A stretch of DNA of 64,000 bases, from contig CAYLQD010000002.1 of assembly GCA_964385685.1 (NCBI GenBank), positions 20,704 through 84,703 on the forward strand. The letters are read 5' to 3'. The translations under genes and the position numbers were made by a program. Source of the stretch: an uncultured Planctomycetota bacterium. GTDB taxonomy: Bacteria; Planctomycetota; PUPC01. This document shows positions 54,935 to 63,502 of this stretch, in pieces (position 1 is the stretch's first letter; the number at the start of each line of letters is the position of its first letter). The notes beneath the pieces were generated by a model, which was not told where the DNA came from, searched no databases, and worked only from the letters and a program-made list of their open reading frames with translations.

Positions 54935-56065
54935 TTACTTGAGCGTCACGTCCATCTCATCGATCACGTCCCGGATGGCGGCGAGGAGGTCCTTGACGTC
55001 CGGCTCGAAGATCCGCCCGATGTTGCCGATTCGGAAGCAGTCGGCGCTGCTGACCTTCCCGGGATAGATGACGTAGTCGCGCTCGTTAAGCCCCTCGTAG
55101 AACTTCTCGAACGTGAAGTTCGGGTCCTTGGGGAAGCGGAACGAGGTGATGATGACGCCCTGGTCTTCGGGCGCGAGGTACTCCTCGAACCCCATCGCAC
55201 GCATGCCGGCGACGAGGGTCTCGTAGTTTGCCTTGTAGCGCGCGTGGCGCGCGGCGACGCCCCCCTCGGCCTCAAGCTCCGCGAGCGCCTGGCGGAACGC
55301 GACGAGCGAGTGCGTCGGTGGCGTGAACCGGAATTGCCCGTTCTTCTCGAACCCTTCGTACTGCGCCAGCAGGTCGAAGCTCAAGCTCCGTGCGTAGCCC
55401 TTCGTCTCCCGAAGCGAGCTGATCTTCGCCAGCACGAACGAGAAGCCGGGCACGCTCTCGATGCACTTGTTCGCCGACGAGACGAGATAGTCGATCCGGC
55501 AGGCGGGCAGATTGACGGGCACGGCCCCGAAGCTGCTCATCGCGTCGACGAAGAACTTCGCCCCGGCGGCGTTGACGACCGCGCCGATCTCCTCGAGCGG
55601 ATTCATGATGCCCGTCGTCGTCTCGCAGTGCGTGAGCGAGACGGTCGTGATGGCCGGGTCGGCCTCGAGCGCCGCCTCGACCGCGGCCGGGTCGGGCGTC
55701 GTGTTCTCTGCGAACTCGAGCCGGGCGACGTCGACCTTGAGCACCTCGGCCATCGTCGCGATCCGCTTGCCGTAGGCGCCGTTGATGATAACGAGCAGCT
55801 TGCCGCCGGGCGGAACGGTCGAGCCGACGACGGCCTCGAGCCCGAACGTGCCGCTGCCCTGCATGAGAACTGCGGTGTATTCGTCGGTGCCGGCCTCGCC
55901 CAGTTCGACGAGCCCGTCGCGGATTTCGCGGATGATGCGGATGAACTCGTAGTCGCGCGAGCCGAGGTCCCGCAGCATGGCTTGTTTGACGGCTCGGCTG
56001 GTGGTGAGCGGGCCGGGCGTGAAGAGGAGCTTGTCCTTGGCTCCGGGGATCCTGGCGGCTGTCAT
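54935..56065 (-). CDS. phnW: 2-aminoethylphosphonate:pyruvate aminotransferase
   Basis: 'LLFTPGPLTTSRAVKQAML', 'SSANKCIESVPGFSFV', 'GGVAARHARY', 'VIYPGKVSSADCFRIGNIG' are near-identical to enterobacterial PhnW blocks. GGAG RBS before ATG 56065. Confidence 0.85.
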   Translation of the reverse strand: MTAARIPGAKDKLLFTPGPLTTSRAVKQAMLRDLGSRDYEFIRIIREIRDGLVELGEAGTDEYTAVLMQGSGTFGLEAVVGSTVPPGGKLLVIINGAYGKRIATMAEVLKVDVARLEFAENTTPDPAAVEAALEADPAITTVSLTHCETTTGIMNPLEEIGAVVNAAGAKFFVDAMSSFGAVPVNLPACRIDYLVSSANKCIESVPGFSFVLAKISSLRETKGYARSLSFDLLAQYEGFEKNGQFRFTPPTHSLVAFRQALAELEAEGGVAARHARYKANYETLVAGMRAMGFEEYLAPEDQGVIITSFRFPKDPNFTFEKFYEGLNERDYVIYPGKVSSADCFRIGNIGRIFEPDVKDLLAAIRDVIDEMDVTLK

Positions 56066-56360
56066 TCGCGCGTCTCCAAGGCCGCTGCTGGCCCTGATTG
56101 AAGGGCACAGCTTACATAGTCGGTCTTGGCGGCGCAACAGAATTCCGCCGCGCACGGGCGATTTGCGGAAGTCTGGCGGGGGCGGGCGTTGATCTAGCGG
56201 AAATTGTCACGTGGGCGGCCGAGAAGCATGCCGCGCGCGTTGTTGACGCGGACCTCTCCCGTGGTGTGGACGTTCGGTCGGCGCCTTGGGCGCTTGCATT
56301 AGGTGCGCCGACGATGTACGCTGGGGCCGACACGCCAACTTTGCAGAGGGAGGAGACACG

Positions 56361-56792
56361 ATGAGATGCCCCCGCGACGGCACGGCTCTGGCGAAGGTCG
56401 AGCTCTTCGGCCTCGAACTCGACAAGTGCCACAAGTGCGACGGCCTCTGGTTCGACCGCGGTGAACTCGACAAGATCCGCGACGCGAACGTGCGGGACGT
56501 CGAGGAGGTGCTCGAGGACAAGTACGGGGACCCCGAGTTCGAGGAGGGAACCGTCGACGGCTACATGCAGTGCCCCCGCTGCGACGGCCGGCTGCGGCGG
56601 CAGAACTACACGTACGATGACCCCGTCGAGATCGATTGCTGCCTGAAGTGCTACGGAGTCTGGATCGACAACGAGGAACTGAACGCCATCCTCTCGGCCA
56701 AAGCCGAACTCGACGAAGACGACGAGCAGGTGCGCACAGGCATGCTCAAGCGGTTCCTGGGCAAGATCTCCGGCCGCAAGCCGGGGGCCTGA
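56361..56792 (+). CDS. Zinc-ribbon protein with duplicated 'CPxC...C.C.G.WFD..EL' modules (zf-TFIIB-like)
   Basis: GGGAGGAG RBS then ATG 56361. 'CPRDG..CHKCDGLWFDRGEL' and 'CPRCDG..CLKCYGVWIDNEEL'. Confidence 0.5.
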   Translation: MRCPRDGTALAKVELFGLELDKCHKCDGLWFDRGELDKIRDANVRDVEEVLEDKYGDPEFEEGTVDGYMQCPRCDGRLRRQNYTYDDPVEIDCCLKCYGVWIDNEELNAILSAKAELDEDDEQVRTGMLKRFLGKISGRKPGA

Positions 56793-56890
56793 CGATGTTC
56801 CGCAAATTCCGGGCCCGCTGATGCGTCTAACCCATCGACGCCGCTTGGTGAAGGCGCACGCCGTCGCTCCTTGCCGTGTCATTGCCCACT

Positions 56891-56918
56891 TTGCGCGATG
56901 GGTTTCGCGCTGTATAAT
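56891..56918 (+). promoter_or_regulatory. Promoter-like TTGCGC-16-TATAAT upstream of the pseudokinase gene
   Basis: Read directly. Confidence 0.3.
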
Positions 56919-57009
56919 GGGCCTGTTCGGAATCAGTCGCCCGCGAGGAAGGGGACGCGGGGGTTGTGACCACGGTCGGCTGGGGCTGACGAATCTTGGG
57001 GGGACTGAC

Positions 57010-60000
57010 ATGTCCACAGGACCAGTTGCGGCGACGCCGTCCGACGGCGGCCCGACCACGGTCGCCGGCTATGAGATCATCTCCAAGATCGGCGAGGACG
57101 CCGTCGGGACCGTCTTCAAGGCGCGGCAGCTCTCAACGGACCGCCTCGTCGCGCTGAGAGTCGTCAACGCGAAGATGGCGGCCGACAAGCCGTTTATGGA
57201 CAGCTTCCTGCGCGACGCCCGGGTCGCGGCCGGGCTCAAGCATCCGAACATCATCGAGGTGTTCGACGCGGGGACGGCCGAAGGCCAAGCGTACCTCGCG
57301 ATGGAGCTCGTTGCCGGGCGGGACCTCAAGAAGCTTCTCGCCACGACCGGCGCATTGGAGCAGCAGCGGGCGCTCGAGATCTCCCGCGACATCGCCCAGG
57401 CGCTCGACTGCATCCACCAGGCGGGCGTGGTCCATCGCAACGTCCGGCCCGAGAACATCTTCGTCGGAAGCGACGGCGCCGCGCGGCTCACGGGTCTGGG
57501 CGCCGCCCACCGGCCCAATGTCGGTGTCCTGGGCCAGCCGGGTTCCGGCGCCGCGCGCGAAGCCGCCGACTATGTGTCGCCGGAGGAGGCGCGGGGCGGC
57601 GAGGGCATCGACGCTCGCGCCGACATCTACTCCGTCGGCGCCACTTTGTACCACATGTTGACAGGCGACCCGCCCTTCACGGGCAAGGCGGCCGCTGACG
57701 TGCTGTCCAAGCACGCGACGACCCCCGCGCCCAATCCCTGCGCGGCCGCGCCCGGCGTCTCGGCGCACGCGGCTGCCCTCATTCACAGGACGATGGCGAA
57801 GGATCCCGCGAACCGCTACGGGAGCGCCCACGAGCTGCTGGCCGACCTGAAGCTGTTGCTCGGATGGGCGGCCGAGCCGGCCGCTCCGCGATCGAGTGCG
57901 CCCGACACCCGCGCGGACCTCGGCCTGAGGGACAAAGAGCCGCCTCGCAAATCGAGTGCGCCCGACATCCGCGCGGACCTCGGCCTGACGGACGAAGAGC
58001 CGCCTCGCAAACGGCGCGGCCTGGTCGTCGGCGTCCTCGGGCTCGTCCTGCTCGCGGCGGCCGTGGGGCTCGGAGTCATGTTCTTCCCCGAATCGACACC
58101 GGAACAGAGCCCCGAGGAACAGGAGTTTGCAGCCGTCCGGAAGTGGGTCGCGGACAATCCGGGCAAATACCACGCCGCCCAGGAGAAGTACCGCCGCCTT
58201 CAGAGCACCGTCACCGATCCCGACCGCAAACGCCGAATCAAGGAGACCCTGCTCGAACTCGAGGTCGAGCGCGGCCGGGCCGCGGACGCATTCTTCGCCG
58301 AACTCGAGTCGACGGCAAACAAGCTGGCGGAGCGCCGCGACTATGGCAAGGCCGTCGGTCTCTATCGGAATCTTCCGCCGCAGTTCAAGGACGGCCTCCT
58401 TCCGCGGGCCAGCGAGGCGATCGCAGCGCTCGAGGCCGCATCCAAATCGGCCCTGGCGATGCACATCAAGCGCGCCCGCCTGCTGCTCGAAGAGGAAGAC
58501 CCGATCGCGGGCCTCGAAGAGCTTGGCCGCGCCGACGACCTGATCCGCGGCGAGCCGCCGCGGGAGGTGGACGAACTCCGGGCCAACCTCGAGCGGGCCA
58601 TGGTGTGGCGGGCGCTGATCGCCAAGGAGCGCCTGGAGAAGGTGCTGGACGCCGTGGACGCGCTCGTTGCCGAGGGGAAGCTGGCCGACGCGGCCGGCAA
58701 GGCCCTGGCCGTTGCGAAGGACGCGGAGTCGGCTTACGCGCCGGCCACCGCGAAGAGCATCGCGGGAATCGGGGCCGCGCTGCGGCAGGCCGCGTCGGAC
58801 TCGAAGAAGCAGGTCGAAGCTCTCACGCCCGACGGCCATATGGCCGCCGCCATTCTCGCGCTCGCGGCGGGCCGGCCTGCCGAGATGGGGACGGCGATCA
58901 CCCGTGCCGACGCCCACGAGTTTCGCGTCCGCTACCTCGACAAGCTCGACGTTCTGAAGAAGCAGATCGCGCGGCGCGAGGCCGAAGAACGCCGGCGGCA
59001 GCTTGTTCAACTCACGGCGTTTCGGGCGACCCTGCCCGGCGAGTTGAAGAAGCGCAACTACAAGCCCCTGCTTGCCAGGTTGGATCAGATCATCGCCGAC
59101 CCCGATCTGTCGGCGATTCGCGAACACGCCGAGGCCGACCGGCGGATCCTCGCGCGGCTCGCGGCGACGCTCGACCGCATCCGGCTGAACGTCCGCACCG
59201 AGGCGGGCAAGGCGAAGAAGACCCCGACACGCCGCCGAGGCATCCCGGCGACGATCACGAAGTATGATCCCGCGACCGACACGGTGACGTTCAGCGCCGG
59301 CGCGCCGGAGGCGATCGCGTCGATGCGGGCCGTCGACCTGGCGAGCTTGCTCGGCCTCGACCCGGGCCCGGCCGAGCAGCACCACGAGAGCGTCGCGCTT
59401 CTCCTCATCGCGTCCGGCGAGCCGAAGGCGGCCGAATCCCACGCCGCGAAGGTCGCACAGCGCACCAACCTCGACCGCCTCAACACGATGCTGGCCCCGC
59501 CCGGACGCGCGGATGACGAGATCGACGTCGCCGCCGCAGTCGAGGACGACACGACCGACGAGGCGGCCTCGACCGAGAAGGTCGTGAAGAAGGTGCTGGG
59601 CGAGGACTGGAAGCCGGCCGAGGAGCCAGAGCAGTTCAAGGGCTCGCTCATCCCCGGCTACGACGACGCATTCCTGAAGCAGGGGAGGTGGGCGGAGGGG
59701 CGGGCGTACTACACGGAGCAGTTGACCGGGGTCCTCTCAGCCAAGAAGCCCGACCTGCTCGCCGCTCAGCGGTTGCTGTACGCCCAGGACGTGTGCCAGC
59801 TCTTTCCCGCGGTCGCGGGCGGGGCGCCGTCGCCCGAGGACCGCCCCTTCGCACAGTGGCTCCTGGCGCATCCGAGCCTCGTAAGGAAGCTCGTCGCGGC
59901 CGTTCGGCCCGGCGACAATCCCGCGGGGATCTTCCGCATGCTGTACCTGATCAAGACCAAGGCCCCGGTGAAGAAGGTGACGCATGAGAATCTGATGGTG

Positions 60001-61329
60001 GCCTTCGCGATCGTCTATGACGACAAGGTGAAGAACCTCGACGTCAAGGGCGACGCCGGAAAGGCCGTGAGCCATTTCCGGTATTGCGTGAGGAACGCCG
60101 AGCGGTTTCCGGGCGATCCCCGGACGATCCCCGTCGTGCTGCTCAAGTACATGGTGAACAACGTGGTGTCATCGGAAGAGCGGAAGTGGGCCACGTCGCG
60201 CCACGGCAGAGGCACCAGCCCGACCTTGCTCTACTCGGGCATCAAGTATGACATGAAGGCATTCAAGAAGGGGGCGAGCGAGAGCCGGAACTGGCAGCTC
60301 CGTGAGAAGGCAGGATACACGCTCAAGAGCATCAAGAATTACGGCGGCATATGCGTCGATCAGGCGTACTACACCGTCGGCGTGTCCCGGAGTTGGGGGA
60401 TTCCGGCGACGGTCTTCAGCGGGCGAGAGGTCGAGAAGGGCATCGGACACGCGTGGGCCAGCACGGTCAAGCGGCGCGGCTCGCGGTGGACGTGGATCGA
60501 CGCCGGCCGGTACGGGGGCCGCAGGGGCTACGTCACCGGCACGACCGTCAACCCTCAGACCGGGCACCGCGTGTCGGACCGCGACTGCTGGCTGGAGGCG
60601 CAGGCGGCCGGGCTCTCGGAGGACCGCCGCCAACGCTCACGCCTTTTCCTTCAGGCCGCCCTGCTGATGGAGGGGCAGAAGAACGACGCCCAGGCGATCA
60701 AGTACCTCCGGCTCGCCGTCGCGCTCAACCCCTACTCGGCCGACGCGTGGAAGACCGTGGCCCGCTTCTGTGCGGAACGAAAGCTCAAGCCCGCCGCCGG
60801 CGCCGCTCTCTACCGGATGATGCTCGTCCGATTCAAGAACCATCCCGTCCTCACGAAGCAGGTCCTCGATCAGGTGCGCTCGCTCGCGCCCAAGTCCGAC
60901 GCGAAGCGACATCTGATGCTCTTCGAGATCACCTGGGACCAATACCGGCGGCGGCACCCGGATGTCGCTGCCGTTGTGATGGCCGAGAAGGCCGATTACC
61001 TGATGACGCTCGGGAAGCCCGGGATGGCGCTCGAGGCGTACCGCGACGTCGTGATGAGGTACCGGAAGAACGGCCCGGTCGTCGAGATGCTTCTGCCTCG
61101 CGCGGAAGAGGCCTACCGGTCCCGGAAGAAGGTCAAGAGATACATCGACCTGGTCGAGCGCGTGATGGGCGCGTACAGCAGACTCCGAAACTCGTCGATG
61201 CGCAACATGGCCTACCAGAGAACGACCTACTACAAGGTCGCGACGCACCTGCGGGATTTGTATGGGGAGGTCGGAAATGACAAGAAACGCCGCCGTTACG
61301 AGGAGTTGACCGAGCCCATCCACAAATGA
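57010..61329 (+). CDS. Ser/Thr protein kinase-like (predicted pseudokinase) - TM - helical/TPR-like - transglutaminase-like fusion protein (1440 aa)
   Basis: Kinase fold 'YEIISKIGEDAVGTVFKA', 'LVALRV' (VAIK K->R), 'HRNVRPENI' (HRD D->N), 'GLG' in place of DFG, 'SPE'. TM 'GLVVGVLGLVLLAAAVGLGVMFF'. C-terminus 'GICVDQAYYTVGVSRSWGIPA...GHAWAS' is a transglutaminase-like Cys-His core. Confidence 0.7.
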   Translation: MSTGPVAATPSDGGPTTVAGYEIISKIGEDAVGTVFKARQLSTDRLVALRVVNAKMAADKPFMDSFLRDARVAAGLKHPNIIEVFDAGTAEGQAYLAMELVAGRDLKKLLATTGALEQQRALEISRDIAQALDCIHQAGVVHRNVRPENIFVGSDGAARLTGLGAAHRPNVGVLGQPGSGAAREAADYVSPEEARGGEGIDARADIYSVGATLYHMLTGDPPFTGKAAADVLSKHATTPAPNPCAAAPGVSAHAAALIHRTMAKDPANRYGSAHELLADLKLLLGWAAEPAAPRSSAPDTRADLGLRDKEPPRKSSAPDIRADLGLTDEEPPRKRRGLVVGVLGLVLLAAAVGLGVMFFPESTPEQSPEEQEFAAVRKWVADNPGKYHAAQEKYRRLQSTVTDPDRKRRIKETLLELEVERGRAADAFFAELESTANKLAERRDYGKAVGLYRNLPPQFKDGLLPRASEAIAALEAASKSALAMHIKRARLLLEEEDPIAGLEELGRADDLIRGEPPREVDELRANLERAMVWRALIAKERLEKVLDAVDALVAEGKLADAAGKALAVAKDAESAYAPATAKSIAGIGAALRQAASDSKKQVEALTPDGHMAAAILALAAGRPAEMGTAITRADAHEFRVRYLDKLDVLKKQIARREAEERRRQLVQLTAFRATLPGELKKRNYKPLLARLDQIIADPDLSAIREHAEADRRILARLAATLDRIRLNVRTEAGKAKKTPTRRRGIPATITKYDPATDTVTFSAGAPEAIASMRAVDLASLLGLDPGPAEQHHESVALLLIASGEPKAAESHAAKVAQRTNLDRLNTMLAPPGRADDEIDVAAAVEDDTTDEAASTEKVVKKVLGEDWKPAEEPEQFKGSLIPGYDDAFLKQGRWAEGRAYYTEQLTGVLSAKKPDLLAAQRLLYAQDVCQLFPAVAGGAPSPEDRPFAQWLLAHPSLVRKLVAAVRPGDNPAGIFRMLYLIKTKAPVKKVTHENLMVAFAIVYDDKVKNLDVKGDAGKAVSHFRYCVRNAERFPGDPRTIPVVLLKYMVNNVVSSEERKWATSRHGRGTSPTLLYSGIKYDMKAFKKGASESRNWQLREKAGYTLKSIKNYGGICVDQAYYTVGVSRSWGIPATVFSGREVEKGIGHAWASTVKRRGSRWTWIDAGRYGGRRGYVTGTTVNPQTGHRVSDRDCWLEAQAAGLSEDRRQRSRLFLQAALLMEGQKNDAQAIKYLRLAVALNPYSADAWKTVARFCAERKLKPAAGAALYRMMLVRFKNHPVLTKQVLDQVRSLAPKSDAKRHLMLFEITWDQYRRRHPDVAAVVMAEKADYLMTLGKPGMALEAYRDVVMRYRKNGPVVEMLLPRAEEAYRSRKKVKRYIDLVERVMGAYSRLRNSSMRNMAYQRTTYYKVATHLRDLYGEVGNDKKRRRYEELTEPIHK
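57891..58010 (+). repeat. Near-perfect 60-bp tandem duplication inside the pseudokinase gene (encodes SSAPD[TI]RADLGL[RT]D[KE]EPPRK x2)
   Basis: Copy 1 is 57891-57950 and copy 2 is 57951-58010, with 4 mismatches. Confidence 0.8.
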
Positions 61330-61366
61330 GCCCGAACGGGCGCCGACCCGGCCCCATCACATGAAG

Positions 61367-61392
61367 CGGGCGGGCCCGCAAGGACCCGCCCG
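61367..61392. terminator. Hairpin CGGGCGGG-10-CCCGCCCG between convergent genes
   Basis: 8-bp GC stem, followed by 'tgactttcc'. Confidence 0.35.
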
Positions 61393-61404
61393 TGACTTTC
61401 CGCC

Positions 61405-61905
61405 CTACTCCACTTCGAAGAACCGCTCTCTCGGCGACGCGCAGATAGGACACTTGTCCGGCGCCTCGCCGCAGACCGTGTTGCCGCACACGCTGCAGAC
61501 GAACATCGTCGCCTCGGGGATGTCGTTGCCACCCTGCACGGACTTGAGCGCGTCGGTGTAGAGCGCGTGGTGAATTTCCTCGACGGCCATCGCGTTCCGG
61601 AACGACATCGCGGCCCCGCTCTCGCCCTCGGCGTCGGCCTCGGCGATGAACTCGGGATACATCTCGCGGAACTCGGCCCCCTCGCCCGCGACCGCCGCGT
61701 CGAGGTTCGCCGCCGTCCCCTGGACGCCCTTCATCACCTCCAGGTGCGCGTGGGCATGCACCGTCTCGGCCGCGCCCGCCGCGCGGAACAGCCGGGCCAC
61801 CTGCGGGAAACCCTCCTCGTCGGCCCGCTTCGCAAACGCGAGATACTTCCGATTCGCCTGACTCTCGCCCGCGAACGCCTCCTTCAGATTGTTACTCGTC
61901 GCCAT
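61405..61905 (-). CDS. rbr: Rubrerythrin
   Basis: Ferritin-like diiron ExxH motifs ('EAETVHAHAH', 'MAVEEIHHALY') plus a C-terminal rubredoxin 'CSVCGNTVCG...CPIC'. Confidence 0.85.
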   Translation of the reverse strand: MATSNNLKEAFAGESQANRKYLAFAKRADEEGFPQVARLFRAAGAAETVHAHAHLEVMKGVQGTAANLDAAVAGEGAEFREMYPEFIAEADAEGESGAAMSFRNAMAVEEIHHALYTDALKSVQGGNDIPEATMFVCSVCGNTVCGEAPDKCPICASPRERFFEVE

Positions 61906-61945
61906 GCCACCACCCTCCTTTCACTGTGTCCGAGCCGAACACCGC

Positions 61946-62167
61946 CTACTCGGCCTGCGGCCACTCGGCCGCCTCCTCCTCTCCGGCAAGATAGGCAAAG
62001 CGGTTCCACTCGAACTCCCGGCCTGAAATCGGACACCGCAGCGTCACCTTCCGCTCCGTCACGCCGACGACTTCCCAGTCGCCCGCGCGCGGCCCGCCCT
62101 CGATGCGGATCTTCTGCCCCACCGCGTGCGGGTACGGGCGGAACACCGTCACCTTCTCTTCTGCCAC
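61946..62167 (-). CDS. Small hypothetical protein (73 aa)
   Basis: ORF only. No motif recognised. Confidence 0.3.
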   Translation of the reverse strand: MAEEKVTVFRPYPHAVGQKIRIEGGPRAGDWEVVGVTERKVTLRCPISGREFEWNRFAYLAGEEEAAEWPQAE

Positions 62168-62184
62168 GTTCCACGCCTCCGTCT

Positions 62185-62480
62185 ATCTCGCCCTTTCAGG
62201 GCTTCGCCGTTTCGACATCCCGTTCCCGGGGCGTTGCCCTGGGCTGTTGGGCGAGCGTTGCTCGCCTTGCAGTTTGCCTTGGGCAAACTGCGACGGCAGC
62301 TTTGCTGCCGCTTCGGCCCTTTCAGGGCCAACGGCTACGGCCAAGCGCTCCTTGGTCCGTTGAGAAGCTCCTCCTTCGGGGTGGCCCCGACTCTGTCGGG
62401 GTCGCCGGAGGCGACAAGAGGAAGTCGCTTCGTCCTCTTGTCCGCTTCGCGGACCCGGACGGAGTCCGGGCCACCCGACG
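62185..62480. repeat. Hairpin-cluster repeat element (copy B, inverted relative to copy A)
   Basis: gcgagcgTTgctcgc, cagtttgccTTGggcaaactg, gcggcagcTTTgctgccgc, ggccctTTCagggcc, accccgacTCTgtcggggt, gacaagagga..tcctcttgtc. Confidence 0.65.
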
Positions 62481-62521
62481 ACGAGCTCTGAACAGACGCT
62501 TTTCAACACAGCAAGCGCTCG

Positions 62522-63463
62522 TCAGTAATGGACCTTGCCGATCTTGAGGCGGAGGGCTCGCTCGACCCCGCTCGTCAGCACGGCCGCCGCGATCGAGTAG
62601 AACTTGCTCTCGGGCGAGTCGGCCCGCGACGTGAGCACCACGGGCGCCGACGCGCCGATCACGACCCCGGCGACTTTCGCGCCGGCCGCGTAAACGAACG
62701 ACTTGGTCAGGATATTGCCCGCCTCGATATCGGGCACGAGCAGCACGTCGGCGAGGCCCGCGACCGGCCCGCCGATCTTCTTGTGCTTCGCCGCCGCCAG
62801 CGACATGGCGTTGTCGAACGCGAACGGGCCGTCGACTATGCAGTGCGGCGCGTACTGCCGGCGGTCGGCCATCTTCGCCAGGCACGTCGCGTCGACGGTC
62901 GCCGACATCGCGGGGTTCAGCAGCTCGACGGCGGCGAGGCAGGCGACGCGCGGCTCCGGAATGCCGATCACGTCGCAAAAGTAGTCGGCGTTGAGGATGA
63001 TCTCCGCCTTGGCCTCGAGGTCGGGCGCGATGTTCATCCCCGAATCGGTCACCATGATCAGGCGGTCGTAGCCGGGCATCTCGCACGCGAAGATGTGGCT
63101 CATCCGGTAGCCGGTCCGGAGGCCCACCTGCTTGTCGAGCACGCCGCGCAGGAAGTCATCGGTGTGGATGTGGCCCTTCATCATCACGTCGGCCTTGCCC
63201 GTGCTGACCAGCTCGGCGGCCCGCATGGCCGCCCGCTCGGGCGCGGGCTCGTTGACGACATCGTCCTTGCCGAGCGCCAACCCGGCCTGGTCGGCCAGCT
63301 CGCGGATGCGGGGCTCGTCGCCCACGAGGGTCGCCTCGGCGATGGTCGCCTCGCGGGCGAGCTTCACCGCTTCGACGACCGTGTGGTCGGCCGCCGCGGC
63401 GACGGCGACGCGCTTGATCGGATAGCCGGCCACCGCGTCAACAATTTCGGATAGCTTCTTCAC
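62522..63463 (-). CDS. Phosphate acyltransferase (phosphate acetyl/butyryltransferase family)
   Basis: 'IHTDDFLRGVLDK', 'SHIFACEMPGYDRLIMVTDSGMNIAPDLE', 'VLLVPDIEAGNIL' are typical of Ptb/Pta-type proteins. Confidence 0.75.
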   Translation of the reverse strand: MKKLSEIVDAVAGYPIKRVAVAAAADHTVVEAVKLAREATIAEATLVGDEPRIRELADQAGLALGKDDVVNEPAPERAAMRAAELVSTGKADVMMKGHIHTDDFLRGVLDKQVGLRTGYRMSHIFACEMPGYDRLIMVTDSGMNIAPDLEAKAEIILNADYFCDVIGIPEPRVACLAAVELLNPAMSATVDATCLAKMADRRQYAPHCIVDGPFAFDNAMSLAAAKHKKIGGPVAGLADVLLVPDIEAGNILTKSFVYAAGAKVAGVVIGASAPVVLTSRADSPESKFYSIAAAVLTSGVERALRLKIGKVHY

Positions 63464-63502
63464 CGTAATCTCCCAGTCAGTTCGTCTGTCAGGCCCGGCG
63501 GC

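Noticed and set aside
53021-56101. 1026-aa plus-strand ORF
   Set aside because: It is antisense to the phnW and MtmB-like genes, which have strong family motifs. The long open frame is a GC-content artefact.
57133-59442. 769-aa minus-strand ORF
   Set aside because: It is antisense to the pseudokinase gene.
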